Source: Ranitomeya imitator (Eukaryota). Taken from it: DNA of 64,000 nt. This document shows positions 24,428-37,705 of the stretch, piece after piece; the stretch's first letter is position 1; the number at the start of each line of letters is the position of its first letter. Both the position numbers and the translations under genes were made by a program. The stretch spans positions 129,394,001-129,458,000 of the forward strand of contig NC_091291.1 in NCBI RefSeq assembly GCF_032444005.1. Direction: 5' to 3'. The notes beneath the pieces were generated by a model. The model saw only the letters and a list, made by a program, of their open reading frames with translations. It made no database searches and was not told where the DNA came from.

Positions 24428-26865
24428 AAGTTATCTGCATAGCTATTAGCGAACATTACCACCTCGCAAGTAAAACCATTTTAAGTTAGTGCCTTTTATT
24501 TGTGTCAAATATTTAAGAAAATGGAAAGGAGAATGCACCAAAGGAATATTTTTCTGGAGGCAGATTAGACTGGAGTGTAAAACGACAAAGTGCTTTATAC
24601 GGATGGCTGAGCACAGGCATTCAGGGACTTAGCGGAACACTAAAGACGGTCTCTCCGTGGACTGCAGCATCCACCAAGTTAATATACAGACAGATGAATT
24701 AAAGGGACACTAAAAACTTCTCGATCAGTTCTAGAGAAGAAGTCTGTGAAACTGAAGGCTCTGAGAACAGTATGGAGGGATCATAGATCTGTAGTATTAG
24801 CATTTCAGACAACTATAGAGGGAAGGAAGAGAACACGATCACAAATAAACAAACATCAATTGTTTGAATGTGCACAAGTGCGTATCTGGTGCAAATTTTC
24901 AGCTAACTAGATGAGACTGTAGAAATCTCACATCAACGTTGCAGTTCTATTCTGTGAGTATATCGATCTGCAGCAAGTCAATCCTTTGTGAGGAATTTAA
25001 GGGTATGTGCACATTGGTGAGTATTTGGATGCAGAAACTTCTGCACCTCTTGGCAGGAAAAACGCAGCAGCAAAAAAATGCTGAAAGAATTAACACGCTG
25101 CAGGTTTGAATCTGCACTAAGTCTGCAATGAATGTACGAGACTTCTGGAATCTCATTCACTTTGCATCAGGAAACTCGTCAGGTTCTGTGACAAATCCGT
25201 GATGCAGAAACGCGTCGTGTGCACAGAGCCCAATTGTGTTCATTAGCGATGAAGAGTAACGAGCACTCGCGCTCATCGCTAGTGTTTATACCATCTGCAA
25301 TAGGAAACCTGCATGCAACACGATGGAAATGATGTGGAAACTGCAGAAAATCTGCATCCAATGTTCTACGTGATCATTTAGCCAAGGTTTAAAAGGGAGG
25401 ACTTGTAGAACGAAACAGAACACACGAACAAAGGGGCACGCTCCAAAATCAGCTGGGAGAGATCGGAAACAATGTTGGAAAATACTATTTTACTCACAAA
25501 GTAATTGATGCTTGCAACAAAGTTGCAGCAGATGTGGTTAGAAAACCCACGGTAAGGGCTCGTTCACATGAGCGTATTGTTCCTCCCTAAACATTCCCAT
25601 AAAACAGGTAAAGTCCGCATGTACGATTGTCATACGCTTGTTTTCTCATAAGTTGGCTGCAGTCCTATCACATCTCCGATTCCAAAACTTTCCCCATATC
25701 GAAGAACGATATAGGAGTAAAATATTGACATTAGGACACATACAGAAGCGTCATATCTTATCTATACGATGCACCGTTCCACGTGTGCATATCAATATGT
25801 TTTTTTTTAATGATCCCCCCAAGTGAATTTAAAGGGATCATCGCCTAAACACAACCACTGTCCATATGCCCCATTACACTATGGACATCATCTCTATGAG
25901 TCGAAATTCTCCAATGACTTTGCACAAGAGGACGACTGAGGGCCCTTTAACATTTTTTTGATTCTTAGGATGGACGGGGAAGTGATAAATCACAGGAACA
26001 TGAACACTGGTTCAGTCATCAAGGTGCGGGTTATATACGGTTGCACAATCCAACAATATAAGACATTGTGAAGTTAGTTGTGCAGACAGCAGAGCCATGC
26101 AAAAAAAAAAAAAAGCCATGCAGCACCATAGAGATAATGTAATAAACTCTGCACAAAAGATTCATCCACAGCTGCTGAACTCGCTGCAGAATATGTGAAA
26201 GTGTGCATTATTTCAGCCAGCGCTAAAGAGCCAGGAGCTGCCATTGCCTAATTTACAGTCAGGAAAAGGAGAAAAATAAATCAGATTTATAGGCATCTGT
26301 ATGATCAGTCTGCACGGAAACCCGTAGGGTAATGCCGAGACTCCTGGATGCTCAGACACAGCCGTGACCACCGGGTTGTGGCCTTGGTTGCCATTAAAGG
26401 CGGAAATCCCTGACTAGGCGTTGAAGGGAGACAGTAGCCCACAGCGACCCAGCAGGTTTGTATATGGCACGGCCAACAGCTCATCTGAATGACCACCATT
26501 CGATACTACAGTCATCTGCAGTAACATCTTACACGGCCATGTAGTGGTAAGGGGGAAATCACACAATCGGCAGCAAGTCCGCAGTGGTCAAAATCTGCAC
26601 TAAATGACTCCGCTGGGGATTTGTAGCAAATTACACCCTTTCCAATGCACATCTGCAGTGAGCCAATATTACCTGCAGATCCTCTCCGTACAATATGGAT
26701 GGGTTACATCGCTCAAACCGGAAAATCCAGAGAAACAATGCACTTGGTATCAGCCATGTGAACACAAAATGGATTAGGTGATGACACTGTCCAGTCTGTG
26801 TCTATAGTGCACTAGCTGCTCGAAACTGATCGGATTGTGGTCAGCAGGTATGTACAGGCCCCATT

Positions 26866-27895
26866 CTGCCTGGTCCCCCATATATAGCCACCCTTTTGCC
26901 CGGTCCCCATACAGCCACCATTTTGCCCGGTCCCTCCCATATAGCCACCCTTTTGCCTGGTCCCCCATATATAGCCACCCTTTTGCCTGGTCCCCCATAT
27001 ATAGCCACCCTTTTGACCGGTCCCCCATATATAGCCACTCTTTTGCCCGGTCCCCCATATACAGCCACCAGTTTGCCTGGTCCACCCACATACAGTAAGC
27101 CTTTGCCCGGTCCCCCATATACAGCCACCCTTTTGCCTGGTCCCCCATATATAACCACCCTTTTGCCCGGTCCCCCATATACAGCCACCCTTTTGCCCGG
27201 TCCCCCATATATAGCCACCCTTTTGCCCGGTCCCCCATATATAGCCACCCTTTTGCCCGGTCCCCCATATACAGCCACCAGTTTGCCTGGTCCACCCACA
27301 TACAGTAAGCCTTTGCCCGGTCCCCCATATACAGCCACCCTTTTGCCTGGTCCCCCATATATAGCCACCCTTTTGCCCGGTCCCCCATATACAGCCACCC
27401 TTTTGCCCAGTCCCCCATATATAGCCACCCTTTTGTCTGGTCCCCCATATACAGCCACACTTTTCCTGGTCCCCCATATACAGCCACACTTTTCCTGGTC
27501 CCCCATACAGCCACACTTTTCCTGGTCCCCCATACAGCCACACTTTTGTCTGGTCCCCGATACAGCCACACTTTTCCTGGTCCCCGATACAGCCACACTT
27601 TTCCTGGTCCCCCATACAGCCACACTTTTGTCTGGTCCCCGATACAGCCACACTTTTCCTGGTCCCCGATACAGCCACACTTTTCCTGGTCCCCCATACA
27701 GCCACACTTTTGTCTGGTCCCCGATACAGCCACACTTTTCCTGGTCCCCCATACAGCCACACTTTTCCTGGTCCCCCATACAGCCACACTTTTCCTGGTC
27801 CCCCATACAGCCACACTTTTGTCTGGTCCCCGATACAGCCACACTTTTCCTGGTCCCCGATACAGCCACCCCTTCCTTGGTCCCCCATACAGCCA
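26866..27895. repeat. Two-domain minisatellite: 30-bp TCCCCCATATATAGCCACCCTTTTGCCCGG switching to ~27-29-bp TCCCCCATACAGCCACACTTTTCCTGG
   Basis: Directly visible. The unit type changes at ~27450. Confidence 0.95.
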
Positions 27896-30800
27896 ACTTG
27901 ACAACTTCAGAATGGATCCTCGTTACTGCTGCAGTTTATGCATGCATAATTTGGACAATGTAAAAATGTCTGCTTCCTGCTGCTATGTATGTGAGCGAGT
28001 ATGTTTGGTGTTAGGTTATTTAACAGTTACATCAGGTGCCTGCTGGTAATGCTGTTAGTGGTTAGTAAGCAGGAATTTAAAGTGAGAGAATCTTGGCAAT
28101 TAATGCAGATACAAAAAAAGGGCAATTGATCGTGAAACGGAGAGAAAAATGAAAATAAATGTCAAATTTGAGTGAAAATATTTGACTGCAATTTCAGGTC
28201 TTAAAAACATTGATGTGAACAACTGGACCCCTAAACCTCCCCCAGTAATGGGCAATAACACAGCAAATGGAAAATGTGATCCCTGGTAAGAGCGCGCTGT
28301 GGGGTGTTTACACCATTCTAATGTAAAGCATGTGGAGCCTCTCCGAGTCCGGGAAATCATTGTATAACCTCTCTGGTGAAGCCCTGAAGACCTCCTCTGT
28401 TTCCACACTTAGCGGGACATCCAGCGACAGCGGTGCCGAGAAGCTTAACATTAAAAAGAGCAGAAGTGTCCGAAAGGATTAAAAGCACGCGCTTGTGTCA
28501 GTCAGTTAGAGAAAAGCCAACGCATGCGAGCGAGCGAGCACACGTCCACGTACCCATCACACCATATGGCCATTCTTGGAAAGGAGCGGCGGCCTCGGAA
28601 GCAGGAAGCCTGAAACAGATTTCAAAAATAACCACATCTTTTGAAGTGAACTCAAACTGTGGCACATCACACACATGTTTATGTAAAAGCCGGGGGCGGC
28701 GCACACGTACAATGCAGGAACTACAAAGCCAAGCAAGCATCTACCAGCATCAGATGGACGCAGAGGTCCGTGCAGTCTGAACGGAGGCCGGATCGGTCGT
28801 GGTGGTCAATATGGGAGAAGGCGAATTGGTAGAACGGGGAAACTTTTATCATAATGGGGCAGCAGGGTACCTGCCCGATTCTCTTCTTTATGGGGCTGTC
28901 GGGAAAAGCTCGCCCTCTACTGGTCCAGCGCCAGCTCGCGCCTGTCTGAAACAGTCGACAACGCACATGACCACTGCAGCCAATCACTGAGCTTATCGGC
29001 TAGAGGCGTCTAAAATCAGCAGAGCCGCTGAGTTAAGTGATTGGCTGCAGTGGTGATGTTCACTGTCAATGTGCCAAGGCACAAGAGACCAGAGCAGCAG
29101 CAGAGTCCGCGCAGAATCTGCAGAGTGTTAGTATCGAGTTTACCATTTTATGTGAGAGTGTCATCGTCTGGGGACCGCTTCTGTGAAAGTGGAAAATCCC
29201 TTTGATAGAATTGCACTAGGTTTCAGGCTACAATCTTTATGCCATCATTCATTTCCAGTTCCCCTTGAAATGCAGTTTGCTGCCTGATTAGAAGTTTCAG
29301 ATTTTTCTCTTGTGGGTGAGACTCTCACAGTAATACAGGCTGGATGTGAGCTCAGTAGGTTTCCATTAGCTCATATATCAGCACAGCTTCTATCCTGCAC
29401 TTACTTCCGCTTTTTCCTTTTCCATTGCCCGTTTGCACAACATTTGATTAGATAAAGGGCTTTACAGACACTCTGCAGCAGCAAAACACTAGAAAATATT
29501 TCAAGGGGTTGTTCGGTCCAAATCAATAGGTCTGCCGTCACTCTGTGTGACTGCAGACTTATAAATCCCCCCCAGTGCACACATTGTGTGCTATGAGAAT
29601 TCCCCAGTTTCCAACCTATGGATCCAAAGCCACCTAGTGACGCGACAGGCCAGTGTGTGTCGAACTGGAGGGCGCGACCTCGCTCCATACAAGTGTATGC
29701 GCTGGGGGGGGGGGATTTAGAGCAAACAACCCCTTTAGTCCTCATGGGCTTTTTTCTAAATTAAGCTAGTTGCCAATGGTAGTGTCCATTCTGTAAGGGA
29801 GGCACATATGCACCCTTTAGATCCCTCCCTTGATCGTTCCCAAATTGTAATACTTTATCGGTGCCTCTAAGCATGCACAAGCGCTGCAGCCAATCGCCCC
29901 CTAGTGCTATTTACATCATCAGTTTATAGAGAAACTCCCATAACATTAAAAAAAATTACCATCAAACTAATTTTCCTGATATTTAACTGTTCTAACTTTC
30001 TTAATGTCATGATTTGTTCTGTGCCTGTAATAAGTGATCATATTCCGATCTTATACCGGGGTAATTTCCCTAGAAAAGGCAAATTTACTGCCCAAATGCG
30101 CCATCTAGTGGCCAGTGGCATACAAGACACCCTGTAACATCTCACTCCTTAAAAGTTATCTCTCTTCTCAATATTTTACAGATCATTTCTAAAAATCGGC
30201 AAAAATAAGTAAAAAGTAGATCTAGACCTACACGTACAAATATATATACAGCCCACGGCCTGCAGAAAATTGAGATTTTTATTACCGGCTAGCAAATACA
30301 TTCCACATGTAATTTTATTTCCCTTGCACACAAAAGGATAATTTTCCGTCTTTCTCCTTCTCTACAACAGCGCCGCGCCACTTTATATTACACAATGCAG
30401 TCACAAAACCGCGCACTTAACAATAAAAGCAAGAAATTTAAGAGGAAAACACACACTTATTCCTAAATCTCAGGGCGGCTTCATAAAACCCTTTCTGTTT
30501 GTGTTATTATTATTATTATACGTCGCCCACATACGCCTCCTATTAGATGGCGGTATTGACAAGACTCTTGAATTTTAATGACCGCGGTCCGTCAATAACA
30601 ATGTTCACGTATGCGCCACAAGTTCATTAATAAACCATTAAGGAAGGCCGGTGAAACACTAATCCCTTAAGGAGATTTTTTTTCTTTTTTTCCTGGAACC
30701 AATTTGTAAGCTTAGAAGGTGTCAACGCAACGCGCGTCGCGGGGGTAATGTCCTGAAACTCGGATTTTCTTAAAATTACACAAAAAAAAAAAGGCGAGAG

Positions 30801-31458
30801 CGTTTTATTAGGTGGCGATGGAATAAATAGTGGAAGGGTTTCTGCAGCCTGTCGTGTGATGAAGGTCAGGACGATCATTCTGACAGGCGAGGGGCTTCCA
30901 CCAGGACAAATAAACCTTGAACTGATATATGCCGCCCGCACGGGGATAACATTATCCAAAATCAATGTTCTAAAGCAGAGGAGAGGAGGAGGGGAGGGCT
31001 GGAGTCAATACAATAATTTGGGCGGCAGCATTGCCGTCTGGATGGACTGTGCGCCACAGCGGGTACTGTATGCGTATACCATCTATTAACCACTGCGGTG
31101 CTGGTCCGCGACACACCGCTCCATTAAAGAGGTTTAAAAAAAACATACTGGCCTATACTCACCCTCCCCTGGTCCAGCGTTGAGTCTCCCGCCACGGTGG
31201 CCAGTGGCTCATTTTCCGTCAGGTCAACAACGCTGCTAACAATCAGATCAGCAGCTCTGCCCGGGTCGATGGCACGAGCCGCTGATCTCTGCAAATTGGC
31301 TGAAGCACCGCCGACGTGATGTTTGGCACTGCTCCTGTTTTCGTCTGCAGTCCTTAGACTCAGCGCTGGACCCAGGGAGGGTGAGTAAGGCGCAGTTTGA
31401 GTAAAATCTGCAACTGGGGATAAGGTTTTTCAGAAAGCAGAACCACCACCCCTTATAA

Positions 31459-32178
31459 GGCTGCGTGCCCACGTTCAGGATTTTTCACGTTTTTTTTCCC
31501 GATAAAAACGCTTTAAAAACGCAGACTTATGCGTCCCATCATTTATAATGCATTTCGCAATTTTTGTGCATATGTTGCGTTTTTTTTTTTCCCGCGAAAA
31601 AAAAAAAATGAATCACGGAAAAAAACGCAGCATGTTCATTAAGGCTAGGTTCACATTGCGTTAGTGCAGTCCGTTTAGCGCATACGCCAACGGACTGCGT
31701 TAACGCAATGTCCAAAAAGGGATCGCGTTTAGCGATCGCGCTAGCGCAGATGCCCGATCTGTGCTAGCGAGAACGGACCCAAAAACGCTGCAGACAGCGT
31801 TCGAGGTCCGTCAGAAAATAACGGAGCATCGCTAACGCATGCCAAAAATGGCATGCGTTAGGGATGCGTTACATACATTGCGGTCAATGGGTGTGCTAAC
31901 GGCTCCGTTACATTGCGTTACTGGCGCTATGTAACGGATTCCGTTAGCGGATACCCACTAACGCAATGTGAACCTAGCATAATTTGCGGATTTTATTGCA
32001 GATTTCCCACTATATTATAACATGGGGAACCTCCGGAAAAAAACGCAAAAAATCTGCAAAGAAAAAAAAAGCGCAAAAAAAAAGCGGAAAAAAAAAAACC
32101 GCATGTGGATTTCTTGCAGAAAATGTCCGGTTTTGTTCAGGAAATTTCTGCAAGGAATCCTGACGTGTGCACATAGCC
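31459..32178. mobile_element. PIF/Harbinger-type MITE (outer element, interrupted)
   Basis: TAA flanks at 31456-31458 and 32179-32181. Imperfect TIR GGCTGCGTGCCCACGTTCAGGA / TCCTGACGTGTGCACATAGCC. Confidence 0.7.
31643..31979. mobile_element. PIF/Harbinger-type MITE (inner, younger)
   Basis: TAA TSD on both sides (31640-31642 and 31980-31982). 24-bp TIR GGCTAGGTTCACATTGCGTTAGTG matching 23/24. Confidence 0.85.
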
Positions 32179-34404
32179 TAAATGGGACTGCCGGAGAGAT
32201 CCAAGCAAAGTGCCCAGCTGTCTCCGCCAGTCCTATAGACAATGAATGGGGAGTTAGCAGAAAGGAGGACTGACAGCCGCAGACTGCCGATGTGGTCTCT
32301 GGACCTGGGTTCTGTGAAGCTTTTTGCTAAACTCCAATACTTATCCACTGATGCTGCAGTGATGATGGCCAGTCCATTATATACTGTATATGACCACTGC
32401 AGCCAATCACTGGACTCCACAGTCTTATGCCCTTTCATGCAAATGTCACTGCCGAGGTCAGTGATTGGCTGCAGCAATTAGGCGAAAGATGGCTGGGATG
32501 TTATCACTACCGGACCAGTATAGACCACCAGGGACCACCAGGAAGCAGGGTTCACTGGGTAAATAATGATATTTCTTTCCTTTGGAATATTCATGACAAG
32601 AACAAGAGACAATGGAACTGGAGACCATCTACCATGTATGGGGGGGGTCTCCGGACTAGAGGAGGGAAGGATCGAACATATACAATATCCTTTAGGTGGT
32701 CTTAAGAGATAAGCCGCTTTTATGGGCGCCCAATCTCCAATGAGAACACATGGACGCTCATCCAAATGGAACATGAACGGCAGGAGGTTCAGAGACCATA
32801 GTAGCAGGTGGAACAGATGCTAAAATATGACTGCACTTTAGTCTTCCTGTATCAGCCTTAATGAAACACTTCACTTTTTTGGGCACATACCTTAAAAAAA
32901 AAATCCTCCTGAGCCATAGGCACACATTTATTAGACGAGGTCAAAATTAAAATTTAAGGGTTTATGATTGCACGTGTCCTACTTGATAAATCTGCCACAT
33001 CATACATGACTCCACAATGTCTAAAACGTGGCACCAGGGTACAATCATCTCTGCCTGTAAATATCCCCAGAGCAGGATCTCTAGCGCCACCTATTGGATA
33101 ATTAGGAACAGGTACATTTTGAATGTTTTCATTGTTGCAGTTCTATTTTCATGAAATGATTGTTGCTTTTTTTTTTTTTTTTTTTTTTTTTAAATACATG
33201 GAGCCCAATTTTTATATAATTTTTAAATACTGGGGAAAAACATGGGGGAAAAAAAGTCTGTCTTTCAGATTATCCATTTAAAATTGTTTTTTTTTATTAC
33301 CATAAAGAACCACTAAAATACATTCAAAACCATTTTTGACATTGTTATACGTCTATATCAGACATTTGCTGTGGTTCAGCTAGAGGGCACCCGCCTGTAT
33401 GCATAGCAGAACTGATCCACTGCGCACTCCCAGGAACCTGATGATCACTAGGATGCTAAGAAAACGAGCCGATCACGCTTCCTATACACTATACACAGCG
33501 TTCAGGAAGGCAGAGACGGTGGTAACCCAACTCTGCCTTTTCTATGGGGAGTCTGGCTGTGTCTGACAGTAGCCCTCCACTACTGCAGCTATAGTGTCTC
33601 GCTTTGGAACCTCACTGCAGAGTAATGTGAGGACCGCCCGGGCGTTTCAAGTCTATGGGTGCTAAGGAGGCAGTTATAGAAACTAGACATATGACTTCAT
33701 AAAAAAAAGTCAAGCCAAAGTTTCTATTTACATACAGCTGTTTCGGTATTCTTGCCCTTCATTCAGCCAGAAACAGCTGTATGGAAAGAGATTCTGGTTT
33801 GGTTAGCCGATGCATGTGCCTCTTTAAGGGGTTTATACTGACTTTTAGGATTGCTACTTCCAATAGGTGGCACTAGAGACACGGTTCTCCTCCTTTGTTC
33901 AGTGGCTATTTGCATATTTAGTTTCCCTGGATGGCCTATAAGTCTCCTTACACCAGCTAGGTGCGCTCTTATTGGAGACACTTTTACCCCTTAGATCCAT
34001 TAATCCTCTAAACATGATGTTGTAAGACATTTGATCATGAGAGCGTTGGATCTTATGAAGGTTCATAATTAGTACTGTGCATAGCGTACAAGCCCTGCTT
34101 TAACATGCGGAGGAGACATGTCATTAATATGTAGAGATTATTTATAAGGAGACAGAACGTACATTAAGTAGTTCATCAAGAGAGCAACACAAGCCGCATT
34201 TCAACGTTTCATCATCAGTCAATTAGGTACACAGGCCTATCCAACGATACACCCTTATGTTAATGCCACGGTTCTTGTTCTATAGGAGTTACTTACAAAC
34301 CAATGGGGCTCTAAAAGACCCCCCATAAATATGGGCTCAAAGCCGTCCAGACTCAATTTCGTTGTGACCATTAAAGAAACAAAAAAAAAATTCCCAAAAG
34401 CAAG

Positions 34405-34880
34405 AAGGAGGACAGTGGTGGAGGAAGAGGACGACGGCGGTGGAGGACGAGGAAAAGGAGGACGGCGGTGGCGGACGAGGACGGCGGTGGAGGACGAGGA
34501 AGAGAAGGATGGTGGTGGAGGACGAGGAAGAGAAGGACGGCGGTGGAGGACGAGGAAGACGGCGGTGGAGGACGAGGAAGAGGAGGACGGCGGTGGAGGA
34601 CGAGGAAGATGGCGGTGGAGGAAGAGGAAGAGGAGGACGGCGATGGAGGACGAGGAAGAGGAAAACGGCGATGGAGGACGAGGAAGAGGAAAACGGCGGT
34701 GGAGGACGAGGAAGAGGAGGATGGCGGTGGAGAACGAGGAAGAGGAGGGCGGTGGAGTATAAGGAGGACGGTGGGGGAGGAGAAGAAAGAAGGATGGTGG
34801 TGGAGGACGAGAAAGAAGACGACGATGGTGGAGGACAAGGAAGACGATGGTGGAGGACGAGGAAGAGGCGGACAGTGATG
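34405..34880. repeat. Low-complexity purine-rich repeat (GGTGGAGGACGAGGAAGAGGAGGACGGC-like)
   Basis: Directly visible. All three plus frames give low-complexity peptides with no splice context. Confidence 0.85.
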
Positions 34881-35878
34881 GTGGTTACATATTAAAAAAG
34901 AAAAAAAAAAAAAAAACATACTCCTGACGTGTTAGACCCTCCTCCTCTCTGGGGTCTCTGCTGCGATGACATGCCCGTACATCCATGTGATTGCTGCAGC
35001 CAATCTCTTGTGTGTACATCACTGCTGCAGCCAGCGACTGGCTATAGCGATCGCATGGATTTCCGGATGGGTACAGTACAAGCCGAGAGGGTTTTGATAA
35101 TTAAGGATTGGTTATTTAGTTTTTTTTTATTTTAGCATATTCACGGCGGTTTTAAACCCTGCCACCCTCTGCAATGCTGTCCAGTTATTGTATTTCCAGA
35201 GATCAGGGAAGCGTCTCCTCTCTTGCGTAGTAAGTAATGAGGGTGTTACTGTGTCAATGGACCAGCTAAGCTCAAATACAGGGCTTGCACTTGTGGAAAA
35301 CGGGTTATTATAGCAAAAGAAAGAATACAGCCTGCAAAAAAAAAAAAAAAAAAAGAGAAATGGTCTAATGCAAGCGCCATCTCATCAGTAAACGCTGTCA
35401 CAGACGGATCTCCGGAGAATGACAAGCGTGCCATTATACAGTCAAACCACATCTGCCATAAATGACATTTTAATGGTTATTGTTAAGGAGCCGTTGCTGC
35501 CGGAGTCACCCACACAAGCCATTGTTTACCTTGGATGATATGCAAAATATACAGACGCTCATTTCAGAAACCCGCGCTGGATACCGCGAGGGATAATGCA
35601 TCAACCGTCACCTTGTGGATGTTTATATACCGATCTGCTCCCAGCCACCTACTCCTGAGCGGGTATATATCACAGAGCCAGCCTCTGCCACTGACTGCCA
35701 TCCTCACCATCTTTAGCATCACGGGTAGTGTGACCAGAGCGTCTATACCGCGACCAGGCTGTCTATAGTGAGCACAGAAACATGCAGCAAGGAAGGTATC
35801 AAAATTACATCTATTCACAATATAGTCATTCTGATAAGTCACAGACAATACTTAAATAGAGTTTCCAGGATTTATTAA

Positions 35879-36083
35879 CCCCGCTGTTGTCTTCGGTCTG
35901 GGGAGACCTATTTTGAACTTTGGTATTTTTGGGGGTGTTCCAAGATGCGGTTCTGAAACTTTTGGTTGATTGACTTAAATGAGGATGGGTCGGTCGGCCA
36001 CGGGTTTCAGAGCCGCATCTTGAATATTTTAAAGAATACTGAAGTTCAAGGTCGGTCATTTTTGACCGAAGACAACAGCAGGG
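35879..36083. mobile_element. piggyBac-type MITE
   Basis: TTAA TSD (35875-35878 and 36084-36087), CCC..GGG termini, 20-bp TIR CCCCGCTGTTGTCTTCGGTC (19/20), plus further internal inverted similarity. Confidence 0.7.
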
Positions 36084-36382
36084 TTAAAAAAAAAAAAAAT
36101 CCCGGTGCTTGGATTCTTCAAAAAATAAGGTCAGACAAGGCACAAAGTGACACTCATTCATTGGGTGTGATAAATTCTTTTTGCCTGCATAGAAGTGATG
36201 TTTTCGGCAAAACATTGTCCCGTGTAAACAGATAATTTGCCGCTGATAACTTTGTACTCTAAGGAATCCAAACAATTGTATTAGCGATTGTTCTGTGCAC
36301 CTTGAATGCTCACTGCTCGTCTCCACAGGCCTGTAAATGACCACTGATCGGCCTGTGAATTACCCGATCGGCAGTCATTTAA

Positions 36383-36771
36383 AGGGGGTTTTTGGTTTCG
36401 GAAAAACCTCAACTTCCCATCTGCAAGTGGTTAAACAAAAACAAACAACAACTGTTTTTTACTCACCATCCACAGGTCCAGCACGAGTCTCCACTGCTGC
36501 TCCCAGTGTCCGTTATTTTCTTCCGCCCCGACGTTACGCCAACAGTGCTGCAGCCAATAACGGAGCTCAGCAGCTCGTGTCATGGACTCGGGCAGAGCCA
36601 CTGGGCTGTCTGATGGCATGGCGTCAGAACACAAGAGACACCGGGAGCAGTGGCAGAGACTCCTGCTGGACCTGGGTAGCGTGAGAAAGGCATATTTAGC
36701 TTTTTTTTTAAAAAAAAATATATAAAGTTCAGCCGGAAAAATGGATTTTCCAAAAACGGAAGACTTCTTTT
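36383..36771. mobile_element. Decayed T2/Kolobok-type MITE
   Basis: TTAA|AGGGGG start. Inverted internal segments GTCCAGCACGAGTCTCCACTGCTGCTCCC / GGGAGCAGTGGCAGAGACTCCTGCTGGAC. Ends ..CTTCTTT TTAA. Confidence 0.5.
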
Positions 36772-37705
36772 TTAAACGGCCTTGGCGGCACGTCTAAAGG
36801 GGCCATTTGTCTTGTGTCAAATTTAGAGGTGTTTCGGCTATCCCAGACCTTTTTCATAGTTGTAATAACGAAGGAAAGGATGGAAGTGTGCACCTTGCTC
36901 TAAAACACCCCTGGACAGTCACAAACCCAGACGCTGTCTGTTCTGTACCTCACCCATTTCTCATTATTGGGACAAAAAAGGTCTAGGAAGACCAAGACAT
37001 CCTACTACTGAGCCGCTACCCCAATTTACCATCACTATTCACATTATGTGCGCGTAGTGTTCCCCCATCTCTACCAACACCTACCAGCAATGCAACTGAA
37101 AAACGATTCATTGAACAGCAATGTGTTTTACTTAATATATTTTTCTAAATAAATATTAACACACCAATTATGAGGAAATGCTACAGTTTATAATATAGGA
37201 AGTGAAGCCGATTTACGCCGTGCCTATTATCCCACCATCATGTAAATGTGCAGCTCTGCTCAATTATTTCCATGCTTGGTTCTCCAACTGTAATGTAAAA
37301 ACCCAACAACTTTACATAAACCGTTCTCCAGAGCAAAAACATCTGAATGCGTTTACATATTTCACTTTTTCTTCCTGCTCTCTAAGCACAGGAAAACAAA
37401 GAAAAAATTCTGAAAAAGCTAATAAAGTGTGAGACCGGGTAGGAAAGGGCTGGATTTACAACTTTTGGGGAAGGAAAAAAAAAATGTACAGAACAACCCC
37501 ATAATAGTGAAATTATGGAAGTATGTAAAAGAAAAATAGATGACTTCACACTTGGAGGCAATGGGGTCACAACAGGAGTCCACATTAAGGGGGTTCTTTA
37601 GGTAAAGTAAAATTACACATAAGCAACTGCATTTGAATGAGTCCCAATGAGACCCGTGAAAAATGGAAGGAGGAAGGGAGGAGAAAGGAATGGAAGAAAA
37701 AGTAA

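Noticed and set aside
23740-24462. Coiled-coil-looking heptad ORF (SEVRKLK)n
   Set aside because: It is a perfect 21-bp DNA repeat with no synonymous variation and non-coding flanks.
26896-27963. Mucin- or collagen-like (TLLPGPPYIA)n ORF
   Set aside because: It arises from a 30-bp minisatellite open in several frames on both strands.
34331-34919. Acidic/basic low-complexity ORFs resembling a nucleolar protein
   Set aside because: Simple GGA/GAC-rich repeat open in all frames, with no splice signals or homology.
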